This document shows, one piece after another, positions 60,413 through 64,000 of a DNA stretch of 64,000 nucleotides. The notes beneath the pieces were generated by a model that was not told the origin of the DNA, made no database searches, and worked only from the letters and a program-made list of their open reading frames with translations. The translations under genes were made by a program, and so were the position numbers. The stretch lies in sequence record PP449093.1; one strand, given 5' to 3'. The stretch comes from Escherichia coli phage phiS. The first letter of the stretch is position 1; every line of letters starts with the position of its first letter.

Positions 60413-62215
60413 TTAACCTACCCTTAACCAGCGATGAACGGTACGATATGGAGGAAGAATACCCATCATTGATGGATCAGCATTTCCAGAATTAACTTTT
60501 ACGATATCCTCTCTATATTTCGTAAACGCTGGACCTGCCGCATCAGGATCAACTTGACAACCACCAATGATAATTGACCCTGTATCGTCTTTCACCAAAA
60601 CACGATCGCTGGATTGTAATTCAGGAATCATATCTTTCTTGATTTGATAGGCAACTTCACCACCAGTACCACCAGCGGTGTGTGTAGGTTGTCCATGAAT
60701 ATCAAGATCGTTATTGTTTAATGCAAAATTCTGGTCGCTGGCATCAGAAGACCAACCAGCAAGAAATTCTCCTTCCGCATACCGAACCCAGATACCAATA
60801 CCCATATATGTCGCTGGGTTAGCTGGGTTATGTGCGTTTTCGTATATCGTGCCGATCGGATGGAAAATATCAAACAGTGCATATATATCCATAATTCGAC
60901 CTGAATACTCTTCTGCCGGACGAGTGTTTTTCTGGCTAGGATTCTGGAAGTCGGTATATTCAATTTGTTTTGTTAAATTAACTTCGTCTTCGTTATTGAG
61001 ATAAATCTTGTCTGCTTTTTCTTTAATTCCGCCGACACCATCCCATTCTAATAGAGTTCCGATATCGTTATTAAACCAACGAATTGTTATAGTATCTCTA
61101 TTGTCCAACGCTTTAGCTAATTTAATCCCTGTTACAATGCTATTCTCATCAAATACCAGTGAATAATCTTCTCCAGACTGTACCCACTGACCGCCAGCAA
61201 GTGCGCAACTCTCTTCGGTTTCTCCGTCAGCACCTTCACAAACAAACGAAGGAAGATCAGCATCACCAGCTTTAATCATTTGAGTACCATTTATTAATAA
61301 CTCAAATGAATTTGGGTTAATTATATCACGTTTACTAACTCCCAAATCAGCATTGGTAAATTCTTTTTTCGTCGATAAATCACCTACCCACACTTCACCC
61401 GGAATAGTTTCTAGTGCTGTCATTCCGGTATCATACACTCTAATTGTGTGTGTGATATAACTAGATCGGAATGATGCAATTCCGTCCATATATGTAATAA
61501 TTTGAACGGTGTCCCCAGCCGAACAAGGAAAACGAAGTTTTATGCTTTTGCCATCAAGTTCAACAAGTGATCCATCCTCACCAATTGAACCGTAGTTAGA
61601 GTCATTACTAAAAGACTTGCCATAATATAAAAGGTTTCCTCGATAATATACTTCAACATTTCGAGTGTTATATGTGTTAGAACCAAATACATTAGGGAAA
61701 TCTGTTTGCCCTTCTGTGGCAATATAAACTTCCTTAGCTACTGTGCTTAGGTCAGACGTGGTGATCGTGTCAACTCGCTTGTTTTCGATATATTCCCAGC
61801 GTCCAGGCGCACAATAAACCAGTTCAACATCCATAAAATCTTTATACAACTCACGGTCGATTGGAGATCCCTTAATGGTATCACCTTGTGCTGGCTTCAA
61901 TGTTACGTTATGTGCAGCCCATGAGCGCCAAACATCACGAAGTTTAATTGTTTTATTGTAATCACTCGCGCTTCCTTTAGGCAATTCAACAGAAACAGCG
62001 TTGTTCGTTGTATTAATTGCCCATGCATCACCAAAATTTGGTTTTAATACTGGTTGTGTGTGAGTTTTCCACGCGCCGGATGCATGGGGGATATCACCGT
62101 CCCCCAGCTTAGTATAAAGTTCAGAAAAGTTGTCATTAATCTTTTGACCGCCTTTTCTTAGATAATCACCTGTACCGTCATCAACAACGTTACCGATATT
62201 AATTAATTGTTTCAT
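60413..62215 (-). CDS. 10: Baseplate wedge protein gp10
   Basis: 600 aa; position. Confidence 0.8.
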   Translation of the reverse strand: MKQLINIGNVVDDGTGDYLRKGGQKINDNFSELYTKLGDGDIPHASGAWKTHTQPVLKPNFGDAWAINTTNNAVSVELPKGSASDYNKTIKLRDVWRSWAAHNVTLKPAQGDTIKGSPIDRELYKDFMDVELVYCAPGRWEYIENKRVDTITTSDLSTVAKEVYIATEGQTDFPNVFGSNTYNTRNVEVYYRGNLLYYGKSFSNDSNYGSIGEDGSLVELDGKSIKLRFPCSAGDTVQIITYMDGIASFRSSYITHTIRVYDTGMTALETIPGEVWVGDLSTKKEFTNADLGVSKRDIINPNSFELLINGTQMIKAGDADLPSFVCEGADGETEESCALAGGQWVQSGEDYSLVFDENSIVTGIKLAKALDNRDTITIRWFNNDIGTLLEWDGVGGIKEKADKIYLNNEDEVNLTKQIEYTDFQNPSQKNTRPAEEYSGRIMDIYALFDIFHPIGTIYENAHNPANPATYMGIGIWVRYAEGEFLAGWSSDASDQNFALNNNDLDIHGQPTHTAGGTGGEVAYQIKKDMIPELQSSDRVLVKDDTGSIIIGGCQVDPDAAGPAFTKYREDIVKVNSGNADPSMMGILPPYRTVHRWLRVG

Positions 62216-63066
62216 GTAGCAACCCCGATTTTAATAGTGTCTACGGCTTTAACTGCTAAACGAATATTTTCGCCAGTAGCCTTATACTCTGCATATACTT
62301 TATCGCCGGAACCGATGAAATAACGAACTTTGTATAGCTCATCTTCTGTCTTCTGCAAAACTGCATATTCCGTCGCATAAACTTTTCCGGCTTTAGAATC
62401 AATCATCAGTAGCGTTTCACTTGAACGCATTTTTGAACCGGATGTATTGCTAGCGGTAGTTAATAATTTGATGGAAACGTATTCTGTTTTTGCGGCAATA
62501 GCAACGTTTGTTGCTACTCCAGTTACGTTAACTGTTTTATCTAATGGCATTGTTGTATCGGTAAACATACTTTCGATACCCAATCGCCATGTTACGCGAC
62601 TACCTTCAACGGCAGTACACCAAACAGTGACTTTTGAGAAAGGTTGAGTTATTACCGCGTCACCTGAATACCCGCTAATAGAATCACCTGCTTGAGTTCG
62701 AATATTGAGCGGTGTCGTCGTTGAAAAGCTACCGTTACTATTTATGAATACAACACCCTCACCAACCTTTGCTTTAGGTAGAATAGCAATAAGTGCGCCT
62801 TGAGTTGTATCGATATCGTGTAGACTCCCAATCTCAACAGCGGAACCAGCGTAGCTTTGACGTGGATGTTTCTGATAGTATCCGGTTGCATGAATAACCA
62901 TTCTTCCCACGCCGTGGTCTATGTCTTTAAACCGTTGATCAGCGAATGCGTCATAGATTGAATCAAAGTTATCGTTAATTTTATTACCGCCATCATATAA
63001 GATATCGCCAGTCGATGGATTGCCGACAGTACCTGTGTCTATTCTTTTCTTTGGAACTTGTGCCAT
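62212..63066 (-). CDS. 9: Baseplate wedge / long tail fibre connector gp9
   Basis: N-terminal IDTGTVGNPSTGDILYDGGNKINDNF and C-terminal KIGVA resemble T4 gp9. Confidence 0.8.
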   Translation of the reverse strand: MAQVPKKRIDTGTVGNPSTGDILYDGGNKINDNFDSIYDAFADQRFKDIDHGVGRMVIHATGYYQKHPRQSYAGSAVEIGSLHDIDTTQGALIAILPKAKVGEGVVFINSNGSFSTTTPLNIRTQAGDSISGYSGDAVITQPFSKVTVWCTAVEGSRVTWRLGIESMFTDTTMPLDKTVNVTGVATNVAIAAKTEYVSIKLLTTASNTSGSKMRSSETLLMIDSKAGKVYATEYAVLQKTEDELYKVRYFIGSGDKVYAEYKATGENIRLAVKAVDTIKIGVAT

Positions 63067-63141
63067 TGTTTAATTCCTCATGTTATGATGTATTATTTAT
63101 AAAATACATACAAAAAAGCCGCCCACAAGGACGGCTTATAA

Positions 63142-63981
63142 TTAAATGTCAAACAAATCTGAGAGCGTCCCAGACTCGCTTTCCTGTTTCGGTAAGGTAA
63201 TATCCTTACTTTCTTCTATTTGTTCGTTAGGACGTGATTTAGGCGCTTCTACGGCTTCTTTCTCGTAATACCGAACCTCAACCACTTCTGTTAAAACGTT
63301 GGTACTATGCCATTCATCGCGATAGATTGATGTATCGATCCCGCATCCGGCGTAAGTCACCAAACCAGTTTGTTTGCTCCATTTTAGATATTTATTAGAC
63401 TTCACTGATTCATCATAATAAGGTCTGCCGGAATAAGCAAACCCAGCGGAACTAGCAGGAACAATAAAATAACCTACATCGGCAAACTTCTGGCCTAACG
63501 TCATAACCTTAAATTCAAACTCACCGCCAGTATATTCAAATACATCCTTTGTGTCTGTAGTATTGATTTTACCGAAAGGTGGATTGCTGATCACCACATC
63601 GAATTTTTCGTTTGACTCAAATTCGAATACATCGCTGGTGATCCATTCTGCCTCCGGTAATAGTCGCTTGCCAATCAGCGCAAATTCTGGATTGAGTTCG
63701 ACGCATACGATCTTTTCTGGCTTACAACGATGTAACATACAAAAAGATAAGCGACCGATCCCCGCACAAAGATCTAATACTTTTCCGGTGCAATATGCAT
63801 CAATGGTAAAATCCCAGGCAAGCCATTCTGGGGTAAAGAATGCACCGGAACCACCTAGTCCATCGCCATGATAGTTGTTATAGCAAAATTCTTTTTCTTC
63901 AAATGTCAATGGACGATCTGAATTAATCAACTCCATCACCCGATCGTGTAATTTTTGTTCTTGTTTAGAAAGTCGTGCCAT
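63142..63981 (-). CDS. Class I SAM-dependent methyltransferase, gamma-class amino-MTase-like (candidate DNA N6-adenine/N4-cytosine MTase)
   Basis: Motif order X-I-IV: FFTPEWLAWDF, VLDLCAGIGRLS, VISNPPFGK; acidic C-terminal tail. Confidence 0.55.
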   Translation of the reverse strand: MARLSKQEQKLHDRVMELINSDRPLTFEEKEFCYNNYHGDGLGGSGAFFTPEWLAWDFTIDAYCTGKVLDLCAGIGRLSFCMLHRCKPEKIVCVELNPEFALIGKRLLPEAEWITSDVFEFESNEKFDVVISNPPFGKINTTDTKDVFEYTGGEFEFKVMTLGQKFADVGYFIVPASSAGFAYSGRPYYDESVKSNKYLKWSKQTGLVTYAGCGIDTSIYRDEWHSTNVLTEVVEVRYYEKEAVEAPKSRPNEQIEESKDITLPKQESESGTLSDLFDI

Positions 63982-64000
63982 TATTTAACCTTTGCTGTGA

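Overview
This 64 kb window reads as a contiguous piece of a T4-like (Tevenvirinae-type) myovirus genome, called from protein-level resemblance to T4 gene products recalled from memory (no database search was possible). Left third (+ strand, early/middle genes): td (5' partial), nrdA, mobE-like HNH endonuclease, nrdB, denA, rnlA, a spanin pair, pseT, cd, gene 31, a NADAR protein, DNA ligase (30), then a hyperplastic region of small ORFs each driven by a conserved sigma70-type promoter with a GC-rich inverted repeat in its 17-bp spacer (PeSL-like cassettes), followed by alt and a second ADP-ribosyltransferase. Right two thirds (mostly - strand, late genes): baseplate hub genes 54-48-29-28-27-51, then 26, 25, uvsY, uvsW, hoc, and the head/neck/tail block 24-23-22-21-68-67-20-19-18-17-16-15-14-13-wac-12-11-10-9 with TATAAATA late promoters. 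The most unusual feature is the terminase large subunit gene (17), which is fractured into two ORFs by an atypically split intein (25-aa N part, 106-aa C part) with a zinc-ribbon/PD-(D/E)xK nuclease-like module fused in frame behind the N part. Other notable items: a cluster of HNH-AP2 endonuclease, compact C5-methyltransferase-like protein, zinc-ribbon protein and standalone DUF262 protein; a gamma-class methyltransferase-like gene beside baseplate gene 9; at least seven free-standing homing-endonuclease-like genes; several paralogous small-gene families. No rRNA, tRNA or CRISPR array was recognised.
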